From contig NW_008806302.1 of NCBI RefSeq assembly GCF_000400465.1, positions 30,001 through 62,000 on the forward strand: a stretch of DNA of 32,000 bases, written 5' to 3'. The notes below the pieces were generated by a model. It worked only from the letters and a program-made list of their open reading frames with translations. It had not been told where the DNA came from and searched no databases. Origin of the DNA: Wallemia ichthyophaga EXF-994 (taxonomy: Eukaryota > Fungi > Basidiomycota). Below, piece by piece: positions 8,882 to 18,331 of this stretch. Every line of letters begins with the position of its first letter. Position 1 is the first letter of the stretch. Both the position numbers and the translations under genes were made by a program.

Positions 8882-11232
8882 ATGAAAGACGCCAAAGAAA
8901 AACCTGCAAAGTCACGGAAGCAGAGGCCGCTATATAGCTGCGGTGGTGCGTATCCTTGCGTCAATTATCCCCGCTTACCCGTCACAATCCGCAGAATGCC
9001 GCAGACTCAAGTTGAAATGCGATCGCCAATGGCCATGCAACCAATGCAGACGGAGAGGCTGTTCAGCCATATGTCCGGATGGTACAATGAAAGGCGCAAC
9101 CATGTCCCGCCAGGCGCTCGTCGACAACACAAGCAACTTACTTTCGCGTATCGATCAGCTCGAGAGCAGCATCAGGTCCCAGGGCGGCATAGTCCCTCAC
9201 CCGGCCACTGAGCTCATTTGCAACGCAACTGCAGTGTTTAATTCCCCCAATTCCTCCGCTTACCCAACAACAACCCACAACGGCTTCGAGACGCATCAGG
9301 AGGACTTTGCTGAGAGTTTCGGTGCACTCACTGTTTCCAGAGAGGGCCAATCGCGCTATGTTGGTCCCAGCGCCGGCTCTGAGTGGCTCCAGAATGAGTC
9401 GCTGGAAGATACTGAGCAGGAAATTATTGACGAGAAGCGTCAGATTGGCGAGAGCTCTGATAGTCCGCCCTCCGATTTCCCATTCAGTGCGAGCAATAGT
9501 GGTGAAATCGTTACTGAGTTGTGGAAACAGCTGCCATCTCGAGAGATTGCTGGTGAGCTGACGGAGATCTACTACCGCACTTGCTCGTGTCTCTACAACT
9601 GCGTACAGCGCGATGTTTTCGAAAAGGATCTCGATATACTCTATGTTTATGTTCACCCAGACCCGCACAAGCTCGCTCGACTGTATATGGTCTTTGCGCT
9701 GGGCGTGTACTTCGACACTACCCGCTCTACCGACCACCCTGATTCGCAGCGCTTCTACAGCTATTCCAAATCCCTTCTCTCCGCTGGTGACTTTCTCGTC
9801 AAAAGCAGTATCCCCGCGGCGCAGACGCTGCACATGATGGGTCTCTATCTACTTAATAGGAATAGGTTGAGCGGGGCTGATTCTTATTATCCACTTCTCG
9901 GTGTACAGTTGCGCATTGCGCGTGCAATGGGTCTGCATCGCGACGGTGCGCGCTGGGGATTCACTCAGGCGGAGTTGAATGAGCGGCGGATGACGTTCTG
10001 GGAGACTCAGACGATGGACGTCTTTCAGTCTATCTGTTTTGGTAGGCCTTACTCGACGCAATTGCGCCATGTGGACTGCAAATTTCCCCGCGATGAACAC
10101 CCTGATGCGCAAAATGCAGGGTTTCAGACACTGCGTTACACGCTTGTCAGACTCTTGTGCAAGATCAGCGATGACATTTATAGCGTAAAGCCACCGACAT
10201 ATGATGTTGTCATTGCGCTCGATAGGGAAGTGCGGCAGTATGACAAAGACATACCACCCCATCTGCGCTGCAATGCTGCGGCCGTCGTGCGAAATAGTTC
10301 AAATTACCCTCTCAAGCGGGAAGCAGTGGATGGGGAGGAGTTGATTCTACAGCAGCACACACTCGCTATGAATGTGAATGAATGCCTACTCTATATAAAC
10401 AGACGCTATTTTGCACATGCACTCAAAACTCACCCTCAAAACCCTCTCAAGTCACCCTTCGCGCAGTCGTTCATTGCCGTAATGGAGTGTTGCAGGGTGG
10501 GTAGTTTTCCATGTGTTTGTTGGCTACATATACTCACACTTTCACTAGGTAATGGTCGCACTCGGTCAGAGCATCCACCGTCTCCTCCCGGACCTTTCTG
10601 CGCGGCACTTTTTCTTTTTCTATCATATGTTCAGCTTCGGGGTGTGCTCGGCAGCGTCCTGCATCATCTCGCCTGGATCTTCGATGGCAAGTGATGCGTG
10701 GATGGATCTCAACTCCATCACCGACCTCTGTGCACTACCCAGCGCAGGAAAGCGCGCAAATCAATTCGTACCGGCGCTCAATAAACTTCGGGAGCGTGCG
10801 CTTGTACGCTGCAAAGAACACATAGAAGCTAAGGTGCACAACACGGATGATCACGATAACGAACATATGGTCATGCTAGGTTTGGGAAGCAGGGTGGTGA
10901 CGACGGAAACGCAAACTACGCGTTTCAAAACGCCAACAAGTGGAGGAGTGTTGGATGGATTGTTCGAGAATGACAAGGGCCCCAATCCCTCTGATCAAAT
11001 CTACTCCCAACTCCTCAAACAGACTGAAGGTACACCGAGCAGTGCGGAAATGTTCAATAACCTTTGGAATATCCCAAATGACACCAACTCCGCTTTATCA
11101 CTCAGCGGTAGTACAAACGAATACAACAACATCTTCCCTAGCTCTCTCGACTTCATGGAAATGGATAGCGTACTTAATGGCACACAAAGCGACACAGATT
11201 GGACAGCTGTGCTGAGGAGTATGGGTTTATGA
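8882..11232 (+). CDS. Zn(II)2Cys6 fungal transcription factor with fungal TF domain
   Basis: Exons 8882-8945, 8995-10496 and 10549-11232 (introns 49 and 52 nt). Zn cluster CGECRRLKLKCDRQWPCNQCRRRGCSAIC; LRIARAMGLHRDG and ERRMTFWETQTMDVFQSICFGRP motifs. Confidence 0.95.
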
Positions 11233-11288
11233 AATGTGCCTCCTTTAGATAGTCTTTTTTGTACAAGTGTATCATGCATGTAAAACTA

Positions 11289-12155
11289 TTACTTAAATTT
11301 GTTGATAGAGTACTCATCACATACAGCCACCTTGCCATTCATACAAACAATGTTCTGCGTCGGAGTTTCTCCTTGGGAATGAAAGCGCCTGTATTCCTTG
11401 TACGTACACCACGCCGACGGTGAATGGCTAAACCCCTTGATTTGGATGAATAGGGGTAAATCTGTAGGAAGTTTGGTGAGATAGTCATACACCTCACCGC
11501 TATCCAGCAGTCCACCGCGCCATTGATGTAGAGCAAGATCCATCGGTATGCCTTCTTCCTCGCTTTCTGGCGGACGGTACTCATCGATCATCCTTCTAAC
11601 TCTGCTGTTGTATCGCAGTTCGCTGAATCTGAGTAATGTTATGTTCAGCCATAAAAATGCCTCTCCTATGCTGCCTTTGAATGACGGTACGGCGACGTTG
11701 TTGAGGTAGTATCGGAGATACTTGGCCTGCTGTGCGCGCTCAAGCAGTCTTCTCGAAGTCGCTAACGCAGGCAGCTTAGGCAATCTCCCAATGAGCTTTA
11801 TGTTGTTTATATCAGTGTGTATTTTGTAATAGTCTTCGCCTCTAACTATCCGACCTTCCCTATTAGTGTAAAAGTTATTTAACGATTTGCTGGCATTGAC
11901 GTGCATTTCGAGATCCATAGTGCGCGGGTGCCGCGCTAGGCAGTAGTTGTCGATGCGCTTATTGAATGATATTATTCTGTCGTATTGGTGAGGGTATCGC
12001 AGCGTGTCGATAAGCTTTTCCTTCAGCTCGTAGTATGTGAACTCGCACAGCGGCAGCGCTGCGTCTGAAGTAGTTAATATGTTCACTTCTGAAATGAAAT
12101 CGAGTCTGAATTTTATCTTGGAAAGGTCCTGCACTAAGTACTCTATTGTGTTCAT
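11289..12155 (-). CDS. hypothetical intronless protein (288 aa)
   Basis: Uninterrupted 867-nt ORF convergent with the TF gene. No recognisable family. Confidence 0.7.
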   Translation of the reverse strand: MNTIEYLVQDLSKIKFRLDFISEVNILTTSDAALPLCEFTYYELKEKLIDTLRYPHQYDRIISFNKRIDNYCLARHPRTMDLEMHVNASKSLNNFYTNREGRIVRGEDYYKIHTDINNIKLIGRLPKLPALATSRRLLERAQQAKYLRYYLNNVAVPSFKGSIGEAFLWLNITLLRFSELRYNSRVRRMIDEYRPPESEEEGIPMDLALHQWRGGLLDSGEVYDYLTKLPTDLPLFIQIKGFSHSPSAWCTYKEYRRFHSQGETPTQNIVCMNGKVAVCDEYSINKFK

Positions 12156-13414
12156 GTTTGAGTGTTTCCTGGTGAGAACTAACTGACGTTTGCCGCTCTC
12201 GATCGATCGTTTCCCCGTATAGCTGATGTTGTATCTCGATCACGCATCAATTTTCCCCTGCTTATCCGCAGCTGGGCTTCTTGAGTGGAGTAAATCCGAG
12301 GACGCAGGAATTCCTCCTAATTCCTTGATTGCTCTCAGTACAGCTTGGTGGGGGGAAAATAAGATTCAGGGGCACTGCTGATGCTGTCCGCACACCCTTC
12401 GCAACCCTCGAATCGCAGCTGTCAGCATCTTCGGCTTCTTTATCCTTTAAATAGCTATCGAATTTTGAAAAGACTGGATGCTTTGAGTCTTTAGGTTTAT
12501 GAGCTTCTTCACTTGTCTTATTTCCTCACGATCCCTTTTCAAACAAGACGCGCGACGCGCCTTGTCAATTTTAAGCGAACAAGACTCGTAGCCGATGGCA
12601 AAAATGAAACACAGTCATAAAATAAAGTACATAATTAACTTATCTCAACAAATTGTTTTTCAATTATTGTGATATCTCCACAAAAGTTTTGTAGCACTAG
12701 TGGTATTTCGATTATATAAGACACGTCATGGGAAGAGTAGAATTTTATCAAAAAGAAAAAGCTTCTTTAATATCCTGTCTTCTGAAACTATGACGCGACC
12801 TTACTTGATTCTTTTCCCTCATCATTTAGTTGCTATAAATGCACCTAATGAAGCCAAAACACCGATTTCAGAGTGGATTTGACCCCACTTTCCTTTACAG
12901 TAAACAGTTTTACAAGGCTTATAATGAATTAAAGTTGTCTTACTTTTCCTCTGGGGTCAGGGTTAAGAGCTGGATACACCGCGCGTCGGAAATACATTAC
13001 GTGATTTGAGCGCAGTGTACTTAAGATATATGGAAGCTTGTGGTTTCTAAAAGCCCGATAAGTAATTAGCATCAATGAAGTGTGTGATACTCTCCGTATG
13101 TCTTATGTTGCGTGCGAACTTCCGAGCAGCGTTTAGAGGGCGATAGGAAGCCATGGTAGATAAAACAAGCCAAAAGTACAAATCAAAATTTGGGCTATCA
13201 ATTGAGCTCTTTTGTTTGAAGAATTTCCATTTAGGCAGACGGAAAATTTAACTCTGTGAATACTGGGCATGAGATAGAAATTCGAACAGATCTGAAATGA
13301 TTGAGAGTTCACAAAGTAATAATGCGTCAAAAATTACTCTTTAACACCAAAATTTAATTCACCTTCATACCTCGGCAATCTCTGCCCGCACTAACGCTAG
13401 GGTTACTTTGAGCA

Positions 13415-13422
13415 TATAAAAG
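13415..13422 (+). promoter_or_regulatory. TATA box of U2 copy 1
   Basis: TATAAAAG ~33 nt upstream of the predicted U2 5' end; duplicated at 18032-18039. Confidence 0.65.
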
Positions 13423-13447
13423 CGGCCTCTCTTCATCCTTAATCCTC

Positions 13448-13631
13448 ATCCTCTCTGGCCTTTTGGCTTAGATCAAGTGTAGTATCTGTTCTTCCAAGTT
13501 CGAACAACTTGGATCGCATAACTTATGCGACAAACGTTCGATCTAATTTTTATCTGCGTCCACTCACCCTCACTGCTTGCATAGGGTAAGTGGAAGATGG
13601 CCTTGTGTTGCACTACCGTTTGTGCCGTCAG
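13448..13631 (+). ncRNA. U2: U2 spliceosomal snRNA, copy 1
   Basis: ATCCTCTCTGGCCTTTTGGCTTAGATCAAGTGTAGTATCTGTTCTT (U2 5' domain with branch-recognition GTAGTA). Stem IIa CCAAGTT/AACTTGG has a loop complementary to downstream GTTCGA (IIc). Also present: stem IIb TCGCATAA/TTATGCGA, Sm site AATTTTTA, stem III, and stem IV with TTGCACTACC loop. Ends are approximate. Confidence 0.97.
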
Positions 13632-13864
13632 CGCACATTTATACTCCAACCCCATCACACATTTTAGCATGTCTCTGCTATTCTCACATAGCACTGACTT
13701 GTCGAAAGTTGTGAATTACCTACTATGGCGCCTAGATACTATGAGACGGACGTAAATTCAATTAAATTGACACCAAAGATGTTGTAAGATCATTATCAAA
13801 TGTATTTAGTAAAAGAAATACACAATTATCCGTTTTTATTGCGTATTCGGTGCCTCCAGCGAGC

Positions 13865-14530
13865 CTAACAGACGGAAGTTGCTGCTCCGATGTCCTCCTC
13901 ACGAGAGCCAGCGCCTCTGCTTTCACAACAGTCAACCATGCCTCCTGTGTTAATGCCGTTCACCTTTCCGGATGGTTAGAATGGTTTATTAGCTATCAAG
14001 GGCCATAACTTACGACTTTATAGATTGTCAGAGTGGTTCTCTGCAAAGCTAAGCCCAAACTTACGGACTGCAGATGTCAGAATCATCACTAAGCAAATAA
14101 AATGCTTACTTACGACTAATTGAGTTAGAGCGTTTTGCAAGCAAATTAAACCCCAAACTCAGGGATACATTGATGGAACACTTCCTGATTTTAGTTAGTG
14201 AGTTAAGTCTAATCTTAAATAGCAAGTACACACATCAAAGCGTGTGTTTTGATTGACGGCTGCACAGCAATCCTTAGTGACTAGAAAAGACAATTTTCAT
14301 CAGCTATGATTCACATATCGACCCAACGTACTTTGTCTTTCGACGCTGAATTATATGTTAGAAGGTGCTAATCAGTATGAAAAATTCTTACCAGCCGCCA
14401 CCGCCCGTGCAGACCTAATTATCAATTGGAAATGCTCAGAAGATCATACCGAACTCACCTCAGCTGGGCCACCAGCCGCGACGAGAGTGACGGTTGAGAG
14501 AAGAGCTGAAACAGTGATGAGCTTGAACAT
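13865..14530 (-). CDS. small secreted cysteine-rich protein (95 aa, 8 Cys, 9 exons incl. 2-, 3-, 2-nt microexons)
   Basis: Exons 14530-14459, 14414-14392, 14345-14332, 14280-14234, 14184-14159, 14115-14114, 14067-14065, 14015-14014 and 13963-13865 give MFKLITVSALLSTVTLVAAGGPAEVCTGGGGCVERQITKDCCAAVNQNTRFDEVFHQCIPDLLVNGINTGGMVDCCESRGAGSREEDIGAATSVC*. It has a signal peptide, a TATA (GTATAAAA) ~50 nt upstream, and is collinear with the paralog at 15987-16475. Confidence 0.8.
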
Positions 14531-15424
14531 TGTTGGTAGAATTGAGATGTTTTGAAAAGAGAATATAAAGACAGATTTTATACGTTAGAGAAGCTCGGAA
14601 GTTCCTAGCTTTTTAATTGCGATATATACTGATTCATTCCTCTGCATAATTATAGATTTCGTATAACTTCCGACATTTAGGCGAGGCGAGGGTGTAGCAA
14701 TATGGGCGCATTAGCACCTCAAAATACACTTTCAGTGATTACTAGATAGTCGAAAAGTACAGAAACCATCTTCAAGGCTGCTTGCTTATTCAACTTACGA
14801 CTAGATTAGACATAACTCGGATTTTAAGCGACACAAGATTGTTCCTAAGTCAAAAGAACGCGGAGAAAGAATGGCTGTAAGCATGCCAATTTGCGAATAC
14901 TTGTGATTATTGAGAAGACTTAATGCATTTTCACCTTAAAAGTGAGACTAAAGAAACAACCAGAACAATTATTTTTACATTTTGGATTATTCAAAGCCAA
15001 AATTTCCACTTTCGCTGCATCTTGACAATCTATCGCTAGGTTAGTGCAGGAGTATTCAGTCAGGCAGTATATTTGAAAAAAAAAGTTCGAGGCTTCGTCG
15101 CTTTTTGAACTGCATCTATTCTATCCAAACTTCCTGTGATGTGACAAAAGCATCACGATATCCAAAGATTTGACTCGTAGCTGATGTGATTTTGTAACAC
15201 AATAGTGCTGCATACTCTAAATTCCCTAAAACGATATCCGGTCAATTTAATGAGCCGAAGCGAGATGAGATCAGTAGTTAATATTTGAAATTAGTTATGT
15301 ATTCATTATGAATGTTACGACTGTCTTTAGAACTGCACGACTAAGCTGATCAGCAATCAAGCCTATTCATCTGAAGATCTATTAAATCCAATCAAATATT
15401 GTAGTCAGTAGCACAAGTAGAAAG

Positions 15425-15872
15425 ATGGATAGTAAGTTCAGTCTTTATGACACCAAAGAGCATCCGAAAAAGCTTTTGAGGATGTGCGCCGCCAGGCAGA
15501 TCTTGGTACTCTCATCGTGCACTATGTTCTCATCCCCTGGCAAAATTCTGACAGATCACCTCAAGTGTGTAAATTGCTGGTTTAAGTTGACACTCAAAGT
15601 TAAGCATGGACATCAACTAATCTTATTGCCATCTCGAAATATGATTGTTGAAGGAAAACCTTCTTGTACAAGTGCTCAATAGTAAGGATTTTTGTGTGAG
15701 TGTGATTTTCCGCTTTCGCAAATCAGCTTGCAACTGACTTTAACTATCTCATTCTTTTGCACAAGATCTTTTCGGACATGAAATTGCTACCCTTCCTCGA
15801 CAGTACAAGAGATCTTCTGAAGATGATCATACTAAGGCAAATGTAAACATTGGGCGCTTGGTTTTTACCTGA
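15425..15872 (+). CDS. possible multi-exon hypothetical gene
   Basis: ATGGATA|GTAAGT intron then FEDVRRQADLGTLIVHYVLIPWQNSDRSPQ, with later exon-like pieces ENLLVQVLNSKDF and LFGHEIATLPRQYKRSSEDDHTK...FT*. The middle splice junction is not resolved. Confidence 0.3.
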
Positions 15873-15986
15873 TCACGTGTTTTTTCTTCGAAATTATGAT
15901 AGATTTGAGTCGTGTAAAGATAATTATACAATTGATTCCGCTTGAGATATCCTCGTCTATCTCTTTATTGGTTAAAACTAGCAAGC

Positions 15987-16475
15987 TTAACAGGTTGGGT
16001 TATCAGCTCCAAAGCTTTCTGCGCTGCTACCGGCGCCTCTGCTTTCGCAGCAGCTGACCATTGCGCCGGTATCGACAGAGTTGACGCCATATCTTTCAGT
16101 CGCTGTGAGAATGTCTTGTTGCTGCTAGTAAAAGTAAGATTCACGGTACACATTGGTTCAAACGCTCGTCGAACCTTGCTGATTGATCTTGCGTGAGAGT
16201 TAAAATCATGTCTTAATGTGTTCAAAGGCTTGCTTACCAACTTCAGCGCATCAATCCTTAGTGACTAGAAGGAGAAATTTCCATCAGCAAACATTGTCAA
16301 TTTTGAGTAAACTTACTTTGATACTCAGTGCTAAGCACGTGTAAGTTAGCATGGTCTCTTGATTCAGCATGTTAAACATCTACCATCCGCCTGAATCTGT
16401 GCAGATTTCTGAACCGCCAGCCGCAATGATTGCAAGTGCTGAAAGAAGAGCTGAAAGAGTAGCGATTTTGTACAT
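15987..16475 (-). pseudogene. paralog of the small secreted 8-Cys protein with in-frame TGA at conserved Cys3
   Basis: Exons 16475-16384, 16330-16317, 16264-16238, 16187-16145 and 16092-15987 give MYKIATLSALLSALAIIAAGGSEICTDSGGCTEYQITKD*CAEVDQSARFDERLNQCVPYGVNSVDTGAMVSCCESRGAGSSAESFGADNPTC*. TGA at 16253-16251 aligns to TGC in the paralog. TATA ~50 nt upstream. Confidence 0.8.
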
Positions 16476-17153
16476 TGTTAGATTGCTTGTGATGTATGAG
16501 GAAATAAACGTGAGAAGGCGTGGGTTTTATACTACAAAAGATTAGTTTGAGTGACTCTGAGTAGTTGTAAATAATTTACGCACAATTAATTGAAACAATT
16601 CACCGAATTCAACGATATGTTGCACAGTCGGTTCTGAAGCGACATTTGCATAATTTGTACTGGTGATAGAAAAACGGAATAAATTAATTCAATCCTCAAA
16701 TTCACTATGAGCTTTTCAATTTTATTAAGCCCTCCAGCGTGCTCTAAGAACGCTACCGCAGGGCTCGGAATTTTTAGAACCGTGGGGAACTCTGCGTAAA
16801 TAAACGCATGAACATCGCGGAAGCTTTCAAAAAGCTCCGAAAAAAGTTCCAGTCACAGTCTAGAAGCTGTTATGCATGTATTCAAGCTAAATCGTCTATT
16901 CTAAAGGGCTTTGAGGGCACAAATGATCTTCCCGTTAGCAGAAGGACGGAATGATCCTCCGAGTCAATTGCTGACGAGAGTGCATAGCAAAATTTTTAAA
17001 GACTAGCTGTGCTGTAGCGCAGTACGTGATGCTAATTTGCTTTGATAATAGCGTTACAATACATCGCACATAGCGGCACTCCACACACAAATCCCAAGAG
17101 CTCGTTGATTCATTGTAGAATTGCAAAGTGGCGTTGTCGGCATATGGGCTGAC

Positions 17154-17538
17154 TCAAACATGATTCTGAGCTTCGCCTTTAATTTCCTGGATTTTGTAAG
17201 TGAGACACATGTCAACGCCACTCTAGACCCACCTTGGCAGTACCCTTTGCATCTGTAGAGCAATAGCCAGCAACAGACCCGATGTCTGATTCGCCCTTGC
17301 TTTGGCCTTTTCGGAGGTGCCTTCAGCTGTAGTCTTGGCTTCAGAGGCCTTCTGCTCTGACGTTTACTGGAGTGTGGAATGTGATTATACTAAACCGCAC
17401 CTTATATAAATTAAACTTGGCTTGTTCCTTGATTTCTTCATTCGACTTAGACGAATCGGTGCCGAGAGTGTAGTTGACGAGGTCTTTGCCTTTGAGAATG
17501 CCACCAGAATGCGATTGTGGGTTTGATTCTGAGCTCAT
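17154..17538 (-). pseudogene. degenerate CsbD/Hmp1-like small hydrophilic stress protein
   Basis: Pieces MSSESNPQSHSGGILKGKDLVNYTLG..., EQKASEAKTTAEGTSEKAKA, KGESDIGSVAG...KGTAK and (after intron 17232-17187) EIKGEAQNHV* resemble fungal Hmp1/CsbD-like proteins. Joining them requires a TAA right after intron 1 and a 1-nt frameshift near 17299. Confidence 0.45.
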
Positions 17539-18002
17539 GATTTTCATGGGTAGGGATGTGTATGGCTGCGTGTGAACTGTACCAGCCTGCCAATTGGTTG
17601 GAATTTTTCACAAACCCAACCAGAATGGAAGTGGAGCAAACTGTATTATCACATTATATTTGAATGAAACTATGCCATCATATTGACAATCTCTATTCCT
17701 CTAGAAGAATATTCTTTTACTGGAAGTATCTTTTGTTTGTCGGAGTAAACAGCCCTTGCTAGCTGATAAACACACTCTGCTTCATTAGTATGTAGAGCAG
17801 ACTTTTAGCGTCTTTTATTTCTTTGATGATGTTACTCCGCTTTCTATCTCTTTGATGATATTGCTCGGTGATTCAGATTGGAATGTATGACGAGACTAAA
17901 AATAGCTAGTCCATGGATGAAAAATAACACCATAAAACTGGAGCATTCAGTTTATTCAATTTCAATGCATATTCATTCTTGATCCCCTCTACAATATCAC
18001 AA

Positions 18003-18331
18003 CCGCACTAACGCTAGGGTTACTTTGAGCATATAAAAGCGGCCTCTCTTCATCCTTAATCCTCATCCTCTCTGGCCTTTTGGCTTAGATCAAGTGTAGT
18101 ATCTGTTCTTCCAAGTTCGAACAACTTGGATCGCATAACTTATGCGACAAACGTTCGATCTAATTTTTATCTGCGTCCACTCACCCTCACTGCTTGCATA
18201 GGGTAAGTGGAAGATGGCCTTGTGTTGCACTACCGCTTGTGCCGTCAGCGCACATTTATACTCCAACCCCATCACACATTTTAGCATGTCTCTGCTATTC
18301 TCACATAGCACTGACTTGTCGAAAGTTGTGA
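18003..18331 (+). repeat. 329-bp direct repeat, copy 2 (U2 snRNA gene unit)
   Basis: Matches 13386-13714 with one substitution. Confidence 0.97.
18065..18248 (+). ncRNA. U2: U2 spliceosomal snRNA, copy 2
   Basis: Same sequence and structure as copy 1 apart from C18236 in the stem IV region. Confidence 0.97.

Larger units (their letters stand above)
13386..13714 (+). repeat. 329-bp direct repeat, copy 1 (U2 snRNA gene unit)
   Basis: Identical to 18003-18331 except T13619 versus C18236; offset 4617 bp; flanks diverge abruptly. Confidence 0.97.

Noticed and set aside
9138-9833. 231-aa antisense ORF (and other long antisense ORFs at 6572-6973, 21022-21300 and 21985-22296)
   Set aside because: These are shadows of well-supported genes on the opposite strand, with no motifs of their own.
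13473-13694. Track ORF MLCENSRDMLK... and its twin at 18090-18311
   Set aside because: They are the antisense reading of the U2 snRNA gene units; duplication is explained by the U2 repeat.
13865-14530. Hydrophobin call for the 8-Cys proteins
   Set aside because: The Cys pattern C-C-CC-C-CC-C differs from the hydrophobin C-CC-C-C-CC-C.
15965-16240. Track ORF MVSKPLNTLRH... (91 aa)
   Set aside because: It reads through introns and the wrong frame of the Cys-rich paralog.
16736-16839. Series of short hairpins with an Sm-like AATTTTTAG, a possible snRNA
   Set aside because: Stems are only 5-9 bp, the Sm-like site lies inside a loop, and no U1, U4, U5 or U6 signature motifs are present; consistent with chance.
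13448-18248. U2-targeting retroelement (Keno/Utopia-type) insertion as the origin of the duplication
   Set aside because: Both U2 copies are full length with promoter and 3' flank; no RT/EN ORF lies between them.
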